64,000 bases of DNA from Armatimonadota bacterium (GTDB taxonomy: Bacteria; Armatimonadota; HRBIN16). The position numbers and the translations under genes were made by a program. The notes under the pieces were generated by a model, which saw only the letters and a list, made by a program, of their open reading frames with translations, did not search any database and had not been told where the DNA came from. Below are positions 28,027 to 37,295 of the stretch, piece by piece; position 1 is the first letter of the stretch, and each line of letters opens with the position of its first letter. Where the stretch lies: positions 3,424,001-3,488,000 of the forward strand of contig OY781964.1 in the NCBI GenBank assembly GCA_963677485.1, written 5' to 3'.

Positions 28027-29073
28027 ATGCCATTTACCAATAGTAACATGAGACAAGAGATCGGGCAGCAGCCTGAGGTGTTGGCCAATCTGATGCAGAT
28101 CGGCCCGCAGATGGTTAAGCCGCTGGCGGATGAGATACGTAAACGCAATATCCGGTTCGCGATGATTGCAGCCCGCGGCACATCAGACAATGCCGCCCAG
28201 TATGCCAAATACCGTTTTGAAATCGAGCTCGGTATCCCCGTGGTGCTGGCTGCACCTAGTGCTTTCACGCTGTATGGCGGGAAAATGGACCTGAACCAAA
28301 CCCTGGTGATTGGCATCAGCCAGTCCGGCAAGGGTGCAGATGTGGTGGAAGTAGTGTCTGCCGGACGAGCGGCTGGGGCCTTAACTGCGGCGATCACCAA
28401 CGATGACACCAGTGAGCTGGCTCAGACAGCAGAGTATCTTTTAAGCTGTCACTGTGGCGTGGAGAAGGGGTTTGCCGCCACCAAGACCTACACATCCACG
28501 ATGGCCATCATCGCGATGTTGGTCGCGAACCTGGCGGGTGAGGACATCCAGCCGCAGCTTCTGCAGGTCAAAGCCGGGATGGAACACGCCCTGAACTCCG
28601 AGGAGAAGATCGCCAGATTGGCAGAGCGTTACCGCTATGCGCCGGCTTGTTTTACTCTGGCCCGCGGATATAACTACTGCACGGCACACGAAGCGGCCTT
28701 GAAGATGATGGAGACCAGCGGCACATTAGCCAAGAGCTATTCGGCTGCAGACTTCATGCATGGTCCGCTGTCGGTGGCCAATGCCGGCTTCCCTTGCTTC
28801 CTGTTCGCCCCAGATGGCCGCGGTTATGCCACCATGCTTCAACTGGCGAACACCCTCATGGAGCGTCGGGCTGAGGTGATTGTGTATAGCTCTCAGACCG
28901 AAATCCAGGATGTGGCCACCAAGTGTGTGCAGATCGCAGGGTTCCCAGATGAGCGTATCAGTCCGATCGCACTGATTGTCTATGCTCAACTGTTCGCTTG
29001 TCACCTGACGATGACCCGCGGTATGAACCCCGATGATTCCAAAGGGTTGAACAAGATCACCATCACATTCTAG
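28027..29073 (+). CDS. double-SIS domain sugar-phosphate isomerase/deaminase (GlmS C-terminal-like)
   Basis: ARGTSDNA, GISQSG, ATKTY, EAALKMME, FMHGP, LNKIT. Confidence 0.9.
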   Translation: MPFTNSNMRQEIGQQPEVLANLMQIGPQMVKPLADEIRKRNIRFAMIAARGTSDNAAQYAKYRFEIELGIPVVLAAPSAFTLYGGKMDLNQTLVIGISQSGKGADVVEVVSAGRAAGALTAAITNDDTSELAQTAEYLLSCHCGVEKGFAATKTYTSTMAIIAMLVANLAGEDIQPQLLQVKAGMEHALNSEEKIARLAERYRYAPACFTLARGYNYCTAHEAALKMMETSGTLAKSYSAADFMHGPLSVANAGFPCFLFAPDGRGYATMLQLANTLMERRAEVIVYSSQTEIQDVATKCVQIAGFPDERISPIALIVYAQLFACHLTMTRGMNPDDSKGLNKITITF

Positions 29074-29175
29074 GCGATGACGGCAATCTGACGCGTCGAT
29101 GGGTCAAGATCAGGCGATTTTCACCTATCGACGCGGCCGGTTTTTCGCTATTTCTGGACTGCTCATGGAGGCCAT

Positions 29176-30306
29176 ATGGTCAATCAACAACGCCTCGTCG
29201 ACCTATTTAAACAGCTCTGCCTGGTCAACAGCCCCGCACTTCATGAAGCGGAGATAGTGGCGCTGGTGGTTCCGATGCTGCAGCAGCTTGGGATGCACGT
29301 CACTCAGGATGATGCCGGTGCGAAGCTGGGCGGCAACGCGAACAGCGTGCTGGCGGTACTGCCTGGCAACGGCGGCCCCCAACGACCGATGTTCTTCAGC
29401 GCTCACTTCGATACCGTGGAGCCGACCACCGGCATCCAACTGGTGGAGCATGACGGTGTGATCAGCACAGACGGCAAGACGATCCTTGGTTCTGACGATA
29501 AGGTCGGCTTGGCTGTGCTGATCGAAATGATCCGGTGCATTCAGGAAAACAACCTGCCCCATGGCCAGATCAGCCTGGTGCTGAGTGTGGCGGAGGAGAT
29601 CGGTCTGCGCGGGGCCAGCGTATTCGACTGCTCACAGATAGAGGCCGACTACGGTTATGTGCTGGATACTAGCGCGCCGGTTGGCAAGATCGTAGTGAGC
29701 GCCCCTTCACATGACGTTTTTGAGATGGTCATCACCGGGCGGGCTGCCCATGCAGGGATGCATCCTGAGCAGGGGATTAGTGCCATCCAGGCGGCCGCCA
29801 TGGGAATCGCCGAAATGCGGCTGGGCAAAATCCATGCGGATACCACCGCGAACATCGGGATCATCTCGGGTGGTCAAGCCGTCAATGTAGTCTGCGAACG
29901 GGTAGAGATCACGGCAGAGTCGCGCAGCCGCGATGCCTCCAAGCTGGTGGTGCAGACAGAGCATATGATCGACTGCATGCAGCGGGCCGTTGATAAACTA
30001 GGGGCCAAGCTGGAAGTGGATCTTCACCATGAATATGTCGCCTACCGGCTGGATGAGCAGCATCCGCTGGTTGTGGTAGCGCAGCACACGCTGCAGCAGA
30101 TGGGCATCGAACCGGTGTTGTTCCACACGGGCGGGGGAGCGGACGCCAACATCTTCAACGCGAACGGCCTGCCCAGCACGGTGTTGAGCTGTGCGATGCA
30201 GAATGTGCATACCCACCAGGAGTGCTGTCACATCGACCAACTGGTTGCCAGTGCAGAGCTGGTGCTGCGTATCGCGACCAGCACACTGCCAGAGGCTTGC
30301 CGATGA
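29176..30306 (+). CDS. M20 family metallo-hydrolase (peptidase T-like)
   Basis: SAHFDTV, LGSDDK, AEEIG, GGGADAN, HTHQE. Confidence 0.9.
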   Translation: MVNQQRLVDLFKQLCLVNSPALHEAEIVALVVPMLQQLGMHVTQDDAGAKLGGNANSVLAVLPGNGGPQRPMFFSAHFDTVEPTTGIQLVEHDGVISTDGKTILGSDDKVGLAVLIEMIRCIQENNLPHGQISLVLSVAEEIGLRGASVFDCSQIEADYGYVLDTSAPVGKIVVSAPSHDVFEMVITGRAAHAGMHPEQGISAIQAAAMGIAEMRLGKIHADTTANIGIISGGQAVNVVCERVEITAESRSRDASKLVVQTEHMIDCMQRAVDKLGAKLEVDLHHEYVAYRLDEQHPLVVVAQHTLQQMGIEPVLFHTGGGADANIFNANGLPSTVLSCAMQNVHTHQECCHIDQLVASAELVLRIATSTLPEACR

Positions 30307-31379
30307 TCGGGCTGAGCCGCGGAGTGGTTCTGCAGGTTCTGAGCCATACCCCGGGCCTTCAGGAGCTGGAGCTGCGCGTGGGCAACGAATTGCGGCAGGC
30401 ACTCTGCCAGACTGGTCTGGTCGGGGTGGCCGCCGTCGGTGATGAGGTCGTGGTGAATGACACCGCGCGTCGACTGAGCCTTGGCTCGGGTGGGTATGAC
30501 TATGTGCAGAGCATCTGCGGCAAACTGCCGGATTATACTGCTGATCCTGGGCATATCATGAGGCTGCGATACACCCCGCTGCAGCACGCGGTGTTGAGCT
30601 GTGAAGAGCAGCATAGCGTGCATCATGAGCAGTTGGCCGATGCCGATAGTCTGGACGGGTTGCCGGTGGTTTGTACCTGTCTGCATAGTCAGGTGGCAGC
30701 CGTGGCTGCCGGGATTTCGGCGGTGAACCCGGAGCTGCGGGTGGTGTATGTGATGACCGACACCGCGTGCCTTCATCTTGGTGTGAGCAAACTGGTGGGG
30801 CAGCTCAAGAAGGCCGACCTTCTGCATGGCACGGTGAGCTGCGGACAAGCGTTTGGAGGGGATTTGGAGGCAGTGAACGTCTATAGCGGCTTGCTGGCTG
30901 CCCAACGGGTTCTGCAGGCCGATGTGGTGATCACAGGCCAGGGCGTGGGCAATACAGGAACTGGCACGAAATTCGGCTTCAGCGGTGTGGATCAGGGTTT
31001 GTGTCTGAACGCGGTGAATAGTCTTCATGGGCAGGCGTTTGCTGTGCTGCGCATCAGCGAGGGCGATAAGCGGCCCAGGCATCAAGGGCTCAGCCACCAC
31101 AGCCTGACGGTGTTGTCGCAGGTGTGCCTGGCAGGATGTGTGGTACCGGTTCCTTCCGACGGGGGCGAGTATGGCGAAGCAGCGGAAAAGGCGGTGCGTT
31201 CGCTGCCCCTGGCTCATGAGCTGGTCTATACGGCCGGACAGCCTGCGCTGGATGTGTTGGCACAGCGCGGCGTGGGTGTGAAGACCATGGGACGCAGCAT
31301 TGAAGAAGACCGTGTGTTTTTCCTGGCTGCCGGCGCCGCCGGCATCGTAGCCGCCCAGCGGGTGAAGGCAGGAGGGTAG
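30303..31379 (+). CDS. DUF3866 family protein
   Basis: LGSGGY, GHIMRLRYTPLQ, LHSQ, AFGGDLEAVN, RHQGLSHHS; ATGA overlap with M20 gene. Confidence 0.8.
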   Translation: MIGLSRGVVLQVLSHTPGLQELELRVGNELRQALCQTGLVGVAAVGDEVVVNDTARRLSLGSGGYDYVQSICGKLPDYTADPGHIMRLRYTPLQHAVLSCEEQHSVHHEQLADADSLDGLPVVCTCLHSQVAAVAAGISAVNPELRVVYVMTDTACLHLGVSKLVGQLKKADLLHGTVSCGQAFGGDLEAVNVYSGLLAAQRVLQADVVITGQGVGNTGTGTKFGFSGVDQGLCLNAVNSLHGQAFAVLRISEGDKRPRHQGLSHHSLTVLSQVCLAGCVVPVPSDGGEYGEAAEKAVRSLPLAHELVYTAGQPALDVLAQRGVGVKTMGRSIEEDRVFFLAAGAAGIVAAQRVKAGG

Positions 31380-31413
31380 GTGTCCGGTAATCTCTAATTC
31401 GGAACCCTGGGAA

Positions 31414-31433
31414 CGCCAATCTCCCGATTGGCA
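31414..31433. repeat. REP-like palindrome
   Basis: GCCAATCTCCCGATTGGC, reverse complement of the core at 12669-12686. Confidence 0.7.
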
Positions 31434-31500
31434 TCCCTCGACCCGCCACCAACCACGGTCATGGGTATGGCCTGGGTCATCCTAAGGTCGATGCCTACCC

Positions 31501-32082
31501 CTAAAACCACTTCTGCAGGCGCACAGGGGGCTGGTAACTGGCGATGTAGCTCATCGCTTCCTCGGCGTGCTGTGCGATGTGATACAGCTCGCGGTAGTGC
31601 GGCTTTGCAAACTGCTGTTCAAACATCATCTCAAAAGAGTCTATCAACGGCTGGTAGAAACCGGTCGTGTTGATCATCACAATCGGCTTGGCGTGCTGCC
31701 CAAGCTGCTTCAGGGTGATCATCTCCAGCAGCTCCTCCAGGGTTCCAAATCCGCCAGGCAGCGCGATGAAGGTGTCCGCCCGCTCCGCCATGATGCGCTT
31801 CCGTTCGTGCATATCCTGGGTGAGCACCAGTTCATCAGCTTGATCGTAGACCACTCCGGGGATATTCAGAAAGTGGGGGATCACTCCCACCACCGTTCCG
31901 CCTTGCCCTTGGGCAGCCCGTGCTGAGGCGCCCATCAAACCGATGCACCCACCGCCGTAGATCATAGAACAGCCTGAGCGGGCAATGGCGGTGCCAAGCT
32001 GCTCTGCGGCATCAAAGAAGCGCTTGGGAACCGCATCGCTGGATGAGCTGTATACGCAGATCGCTTTCAAGATGACCTCCAT
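31501..32082 (-). CDS. LOG family phosphoribohydrolase (TIGR00730-like)
   Basis: YGGG..GLMG, MHERK, PGGFGTLEE. Confidence 0.92.
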   Translation of the reverse strand: MEVILKAICVYSSSSDAVPKRFFDAAEQLGTAIARSGCSMIYGGGCIGLMGASARAAQGQGGTVVGVIPHFLNIPGVVYDQADELVLTQDMHERKRIMAERADTFIALPGGFGTLEELLEMITLKQLGQHAKPIVMINTTGFYQPLIDSFEMMFEQQFAKPHYRELYHIAQHAEEAMSYIASYQPPVRLQKWF

Positions 32083-32166
32083 CGTGGTAGTTTGTATCTA
32101 TAGGCCCAAAGATATTATGACATCTGCGGGAGGCGGTGACAGACCGCAGATAAGAGGTGAGCCGAT

Positions 32167-32703
32167 ATGAAGCTGGTGGATGAACTGATCTCGAGCGAGG
32201 TGGTGTATACGGGGCGGGTGGTCACACTGCGCGTAGACACCGTGATGCTGCCGGATGGCCGTATCACCACGCGTGAGGTGATCGCGCACCGTGGTGCGGT
32301 GGCGATTGTGCCGCTGCTGGATAATGGCCGTGTGGTGTTGATACGACAATACCGGCGGGCCGCGGATTCTGTGTTATTGGAGGTGCCTGCGGGCACGCTG
32401 GAAGAGGGCGAGTACCCCGAGGATTGCGCCTATCGAGAACTGGCTGAAGAGACCGGCTACCGGACAGGCAAAATGACGAAACTGTTTCATCAATTTCTGG
32501 CACCAGGATACAGCGCAGAGATTCTGCATGTCTATCTTGCGGAGAGTTTGGTGACCGGCAAGAAGAGCTTTGATGACGATGAGAATATTGAGGTTCTTCC
32601 GGTCATGCTAAGCGATGTGCCGGGGATGATCAGCCGTGGTGAGATCGCCGATGCGAAGTCCATCGCTGCGCTGCTGATGACCATTCACCTGAAACAGCAG
32701 TGA
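32167..32703 (+). CDS. nudF: ADP-ribose pyrophosphatase, NUDIX
   Basis: REVIAHRGAV, QYR, PAG..RELAEETG, DDDE, DAKS. Confidence 0.8.
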   Translation: MKLVDELISSEVVYTGRVVTLRVDTVMLPDGRITTREVIAHRGAVAIVPLLDNGRVVLIRQYRRAADSVLLEVPAGTLEEGEYPEDCAYRELAEETGYRTGKMTKLFHQFLAPGYSAEILHVYLAESLVTGKKSFDDDENIEVLPVMLSDVPGMISRGEIADAKSIAALLMTIHLKQQ

Positions 32704-32776
32704 TAACCACTTAGCCGTCAGATTGTCGTGCCAAGTTTGTGTTAAATATAGTCGCAACACCCTCATGCATCGCTAC

Positions 32777-33008
32777 GGGCACCCACGAAGTGGGTAGCAG
32801 TTCTTATAGCCAGGGGTGAGCGAAGCGATACCCCTCGAAAGCGGCGCGTCATTCATACCCCGAAGTGGGTCGCATCTATTCGCGGTAGCCGCTTTATCAA
32901 GTCACCAAAGACGACCCACGTCGGGGTAGGCGGTTATCGGTTGCCTTCCACGGGTTGCGCTGGCGCTTACCCGTGGCTATAAGAATCTTACCCACTTCGT
33001 GGGTGCCG
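32777..33008. repeat. long nested palindromic element (REPIN/MITE-like)
   Basis: GGCACCCACGAAGTGGGTA..TTCTTATAGCCA / TGGCTATAAGAA..TACCCACTTCGTGGGTGCC plus inner inverted arms. Confidence 0.8.
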
Positions 33009-33082
33009 GAAGCTACAGCAGCATACTGATCGTAGACCGATGCACGATCATCGCCTGTGGCAGAGTAGTTACCAGCAGGAAT

Positions 33083-33120
33083 AAAAACAGAGGGACGCCT
33101 ATCCTCAGATTGGCGTCCCT
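33083..33120 (-). terminator. intrinsic terminator of the URO-D-like pair
   Basis: AGGGACGCC / GGCGTCCCT stem with T-tract on minus strand. Confidence 0.65.
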
Positions 33121-33137
33121 GAGCGGTTAGTTACCGA

Positions 33138-34208
33138 CTACTCGTAGCTGCCTAGCTTTTTCGCCAGCTCCACGAATGCCCGAAAATCCTCCAGCGTGAC
33201 GCTGTCTGGTACGCTGTGGTCGCTGCTGCAGATGTATCCACCGTTTTGCTTGACCACCGGCAGAACCTTCTTCATCTCGGCTTCGAACCGGTCGCGATCA
33301 CCCCAGATGGCGGCGTTCAATCCGCCGTGCAGGGTGAGCACATCCCCATACTGCTGTTTAATGAGCACGGGATCCATGCCTGCTTTGACCTCGATGGGGT
33401 TCAAACCGTCCATGCCTATTTCGATCAGGTCTGGGATCAATGTGCGCACATCACCGCAGCTATGCAGCCGTGCGACGATACCGTGGTCATGGGCCCAGTC
33501 CACGGCTTTCTTATGGTAGGGCTTCAATAACCGGCGATACATAGCCGGTGAGAAGAAGGTGTGGCCCTTATAGCCCATATCGTCGCACCAGAACACCTCA
33601 TCAAAGTGGTAGCCCTCTTCCCAGACCCTATCCATCAACTTGAGGTTAACGGCCAGGAAGTGGTCAAACATATCTTCCAACCAGTCAGGATCATCGATCA
33701 GCGCCTCGAGAACTCGCTCTGTGCCGACCGTCCAGCTATGGGTGATGTCAAATCCGAACCACAGGTTGCCGCTGATCCATCGGCCTTCATCGCGCCATTT
33801 GGAGAAGTTTTGCTTCAGATAGTCCCATGGGATACGGGCCTCATCAGGGGTCATGCGCACTTTGGCCTCTTGCCATGAGGCGGGGTCTACGATGGTGAAG
33901 TCCAGGAACTCCGGCACGCTGCCTGCATGCTTCCAGTTTCGCATGGTCACACCGTAGGCACTGGTCACGATGGTGTATTGCTCCGTGTCCTCAATCACTT
34001 TGACAGGATATTGCGGGCTGATGTCGATGCCGATCATGGCGGTCTTGTCGATATCAAAGTAGTCGACGAAGTCCACATCCACAGGCATGCCTTGCTGCTG
34101 CCAGTGCTCAATGGTCGAGCCCCAGGGGCCGTCAATAATGGGGATGCGGTCGGCTTCTTTATGTGCAAACATGCGCTTGAAGCGTTCGTGGGAACTCAGT
34201 GGAGTCAT
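33138..34208 (-). CDS. uroporphyrinogen decarboxylase/MT2-like family protein
   Basis: DDMG, FFSP, LHSCG, GGYI..DHSVP. Confidence 0.85.
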   Translation of the reverse strand: MTPLSSHERFKRMFAHKEADRIPIIDGPWGSTIEHWQQQGMPVDVDFVDYFDIDKTAMIGIDISPQYPVKVIEDTEQYTIVTSAYGVTMRNWKHAGSVPEFLDFTIVDPASWQEAKVRMTPDEARIPWDYLKQNFSKWRDEGRWISGNLWFGFDITHSWTVGTERVLEALIDDPDWLEDMFDHFLAVNLKLMDRVWEEGYHFDEVFWCDDMGYKGHTFFSPAMYRRLLKPYHKKAVDWAHDHGIVARLHSCGDVRTLIPDLIEIGMDGLNPIEVKAGMDPVLIKQQYGDVLTLHGGLNAAIWGDRDRFEAEMKKVLPVVKQNGGYICSSDHSVPDSVTLEDFRAFVELAKKLGSYE

Positions 34209-34211
34209 ATG

Positions 34212-35372
34212 CTAATACCTTCCGTATTTTAATGAGGCCTCATACATCGCATTGATGTTAGCGATAGGGGTGTTGGGTGCCAGGTTGTTGCCTTCACGCA
34301 GAACGAACTTGCCACCCTCTTTGACGCCTGACTCCAGAATGCGCTTACATTCTGCGTCGATCTGTTCTGGTGAGGCGTTGATCAGCATGGGCACACTGGG
34401 GCCGCCCATGATCTCAACATCGGGGCCAAGCTGCTTTCGGGCGAGGGCATGATCAAATGGGAAACCAGTATCGATGGTGACCAGATTGAGCTCCTTCTTG
34501 AGGGTAGGCAGATGACGCTGTACGTTGCCGCACAGGTGGATGCCCATCTTGGCATCAGCACTCCATAGCGCCTCTTTCAGACGCTTGTGGTAAGGCAGCA
34601 CCATCTCGGTGTACATCTCAGTAGAAATCAACTCAATACTGTCATCCGCAAAGCCGCCCATATTCGGATCGACAGGCAGCTCGTACTGCTTGCGATACTC
34701 CAAGATTCGGGCGATCGTGGCTTCGGTGACAAAACTGAGCAGTTGATGGGCATAATCTGGGTCCTCAAGCATATCTATTGCGAAGGCACTGGCTCCGCGC
34801 AGATTGCAGCAGAGTGTCATGGGGCCGTCTGTGCCTGTCCCACAAGGAGTGACATTTATGATGGGGCGACCAGCATATTCGAAGCCCTCGTACTGCATAC
34901 GCAGCATGGAGACGTAATGATGCTGGTTCTTTTTAGACCAGGGTTGTTCTTTAGGGCTTGGCAGACCTTTATCAAACAGCATGTTTTTCGTGTCATCGGT
35001 CAGCAGGGTGTCCACGTCAGGCACCTGGCTTGGGTGGAAGTTCACATTGGCACCAAACCAGGCGGTCTCAAACACATTCTGAAAGTCTACCCGCACATCC
35101 CAGCCGTTTTTGGGTAAGCCCATTTCGTGGTCGTAGAGCAGGTTGAATCTCAGCCAGAGTTCATTTTCTATCTGGCGAATGACCATAATTTTAGGGTCAC
35201 TGCAGTATTGTTCGAAGGTGAAGCCGTTGACGTTCACCTCTGGCATATTCATAGTCAGCCGCGGGTTAATGCCCAAAATCACAGGAGTCTTAATCGGCTT
35301 TCCTTGTTGATAACTCTTCCAAACATCCGAAACATAGTTGTTGTGTTCTTCAAAATCACGGGTGTATATCAT
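34212..35372 (-). CDS. uroporphyrinogen decarboxylase/MT2-like family protein
   Basis: GPMT..LRG, ADD, IHLCG, GGKFVL; GAGGTG RBS before 35372. Confidence 0.8.
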   Translation of the reverse strand: MIYTRDFEEHNNYVSDVWKSYQQGKPIKTPVILGINPRLTMNMPEVNVNGFTFEQYCSDPKIMVIRQIENELWLRFNLLYDHEMGLPKNGWDVRVDFQNVFETAWFGANVNFHPSQVPDVDTLLTDDTKNMLFDKGLPSPKEQPWSKKNQHHYVSMLRMQYEGFEYAGRPIINVTPCGTGTDGPMTLCCNLRGASAFAIDMLEDPDYAHQLLSFVTEATIARILEYRKQYELPVDPNMGGFADDSIELISTEMYTEMVLPYHKRLKEALWSADAKMGIHLCGNVQRHLPTLKKELNLVTIDTGFPFDHALARKQLGPDVEIMGGPSVPMLINASPEQIDAECKRILESGVKEGGKFVLREGNNLAPNTPIANINAMYEASLKYGRY

Positions 35373-35577
35373 ATTGCACCTCTCTATTCGCGCTTGGTTC
35401 GTTGCATCGTCGGCCGATATTACGGCTTTCTGATGCATTATAGATGGAATAGGTCGGAGTACACAAGGCCGTATAACGTATTTGTGATAGTATTTCGGAC
35501 ATAGTTCATCACAGCACTCAATACTTCAATATATGGGGCAACCATCGTTATGAGATCACTGATGTTAAAATACTCAT

Positions 35578-36648
35578 ATGGAAGAAAAACAGCTTTATTC
35601 GCGCGGTGCAGACCGTATGGAAGCCATCATGGCTTCTGTCTTGTTAGTGGTTGTAGGGGCTGTATACATCGTTTATAGCATGATGTTCATCCCGAAGATC
35701 ATGAGGTACTCCGTTCATGTTTCCCTACTGAGTGCGTTAGCCACAACCCCCATCATTCTAGGCTATATGGGGTTGGCCCTTTCGCTTGGTGTTGGTATCA
35801 GCCAGAGATGGTGGCAGCAGTTAGTGACGAGAAAGCCAATCTGCGTATGGATTGCACCAGTTACTCTCTGGTGCTTATACGAGTTATTCGCCATCCCGAC
35901 GGGGCACTTTGAGCTGAAGGCCGCTTCGATACTGGCTGTTTATGTCTTTCTCCCGGTGTTCCTGGCCACCTTGAAGCGTAACTGGGCAGACTGGATGATT
36001 GTGGTGGTGATAGCCTTACCGCTGATCTACAAGGACTGGTTGTTCTTAGCTAGGCTCCCTGCGGAGAAGGGCGTGAACCCCAGGGAGATATGCTCTATCA
36101 CCATGTTCTTGTGGTCCATGCTGGTGGTCCGACGATTGCCTGGGCTGGACTTCCGGTTGTGGCTGCCTCGGTCAGAGATCAAATATGGCATCAAGATGCT
36201 GGGTGTGGCGATGTTGATTCTGCTGCCGCCGGGAGTGTTGTTTGGCTTCCTTAAATGGAACCCGTTTCAAATGCAGATATCACTCTATCACACCACCAAC
36301 TACCTGGTGACGGCTGGTGTGCATCTCTTGCTGCCTTTAGGCATGTATCTGGCCGTGGCGATTCCTGAAGAGCTGGTTTTCCGGGGCACCCTGCAGAACC
36401 TGTTGGCCCAGAGCACGAAACGGCCATGGCTGGCACTGGTGATCGTATCGATACTTTTCGGTCTGTCACACCTGCCATCGAATGTGGATGGACGGCCGAT
36501 ATCTTACAGCGTCTTCTACGGCTTAATGAGCTGCGCTGCGGGAGCTATCTACGGCTACACCTATATGAAGCGCGGAGGGATCGTAGCGGCATGTGTGGTG
36601 CATGCGCTGGTCGATTCCGTGTGGCTGACGTTCTTTAACCCGAAATGA
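35578..36648 (+). CDS. CPBP (CAAX/Abi) intramembrane metalloprotease
   Basis: EELVFRG, FGLSH, HALVD motifs; many TM segments. Confidence 0.88.
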   Translation: MEEKQLYSRGADRMEAIMASVLLVVVGAVYIVYSMMFIPKIMRYSVHVSLLSALATTPIILGYMGLALSLGVGISQRWWQQLVTRKPICVWIAPVTLWCLYELFAIPTGHFELKAASILAVYVFLPVFLATLKRNWADWMIVVVIALPLIYKDWLFLARLPAEKGVNPREICSITMFLWSMLVVRRLPGLDFRLWLPRSEIKYGIKMLGVAMLILLPPGVLFGFLKWNPFQMQISLYHTTNYLVTAGVHLLLPLGMYLAVAIPEELVFRGTLQNLLAQSTKRPWLALVIVSILFGLSHLPSNVDGRPISYSVFYGLMSCAAGAIYGYTYMKRGGIVAACVVHALVDSVWLTFFNPK

Positions 36649-36655
36649 GGCAGCA

Positions 36656-37195
36656 ATGAATAACCCCTGGCAAACCCTGAGCGTGAAGGCGATATACGAG
36701 AATCTCTGGATCAGTTTGAGCGAAGCTCAGGTGATCAACCCCAACGGTGGTGCTGGCATCTACGGGGTGGTGCACTTCAAGAACAAAGCCATCGGCGTGC
36801 TGCCCATCGATGACCAGGGGTATACCTGGCTGGTGGGTCAGTATAGGTATGCGACCGATGAGTATAGCTGGGAGCTGCCCGAGGGCGGTGGTCCCCTGAA
36901 TGAACCACCTCTGGCGTCTGCACAGCGTGAGCTACGTGAAGAAACAGGCATCATCGCCCAGCAGTGGCGTGAAATACTGCAGATGAAAATCAGCAACAGC
37001 GTGACCGATGAGCACTGCTATGTCTTCCTGGCCCAGGGATTGAGCCTGGGTCCGACCGATGAGGAAGAATGCGAACAGTTGCATCTGCGGCGGCTACCGT
37101 TGTCGGAGGCCATCGAGATGGTGCTGCGAGGTGAGATCATGGATAGCATCAGCGTAGCCACACTTCTCTGGGCCCGCGTGCAGGGGCTGGGGTAG
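36656..37195 (+). CDS. NUDIX hydrolase
   Basis: WELPEGG..AQRELREETG. Confidence 0.9.
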   Translation: MNNPWQTLSVKAIYENLWISLSEAQVINPNGGAGIYGVVHFKNKAIGVLPIDDQGYTWLVGQYRYATDEYSWELPEGGGPLNEPPLASAQRELREETGIIAQQWREILQMKISNSVTDEHCYVFLAQGLSLGPTDEEECEQLHLRRLPLSEAIEMVLRGEIMDSISVATLLWARVQGLG

Positions 37196-37251
37196 AGAAA
37201 AGCCTCACTTCAACCAGGATTACTTTCAGGTGCCGGATCATGACTAAAGTA

Positions 37252-37288
37252 GAAGGCTCCCCTGCGTAGAATTGGCAGGGGAGCCTTC
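37252..37288. terminator. hairpin between convergent genes
   Basis: 14-bp stem GAAGGCTCCCCTGC / GCAGGGGAGCCTTC. Confidence 0.65.
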
Positions 37289-37295
37289 ATGGTTC

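Noticed and set aside
29093-29146. Riboswitch or glmS-type ribozyme between the SIS and M20 genes
   Set aside because: Only a simple stem (GCGTCGAT..ATCGACGC) with a T-tract, downstream of the SIS gene; most consistent with a terminator
30228-31217. 329-aa minus-strand ORF
   Set aside because: Antisense shadow of the DUF3866 gene
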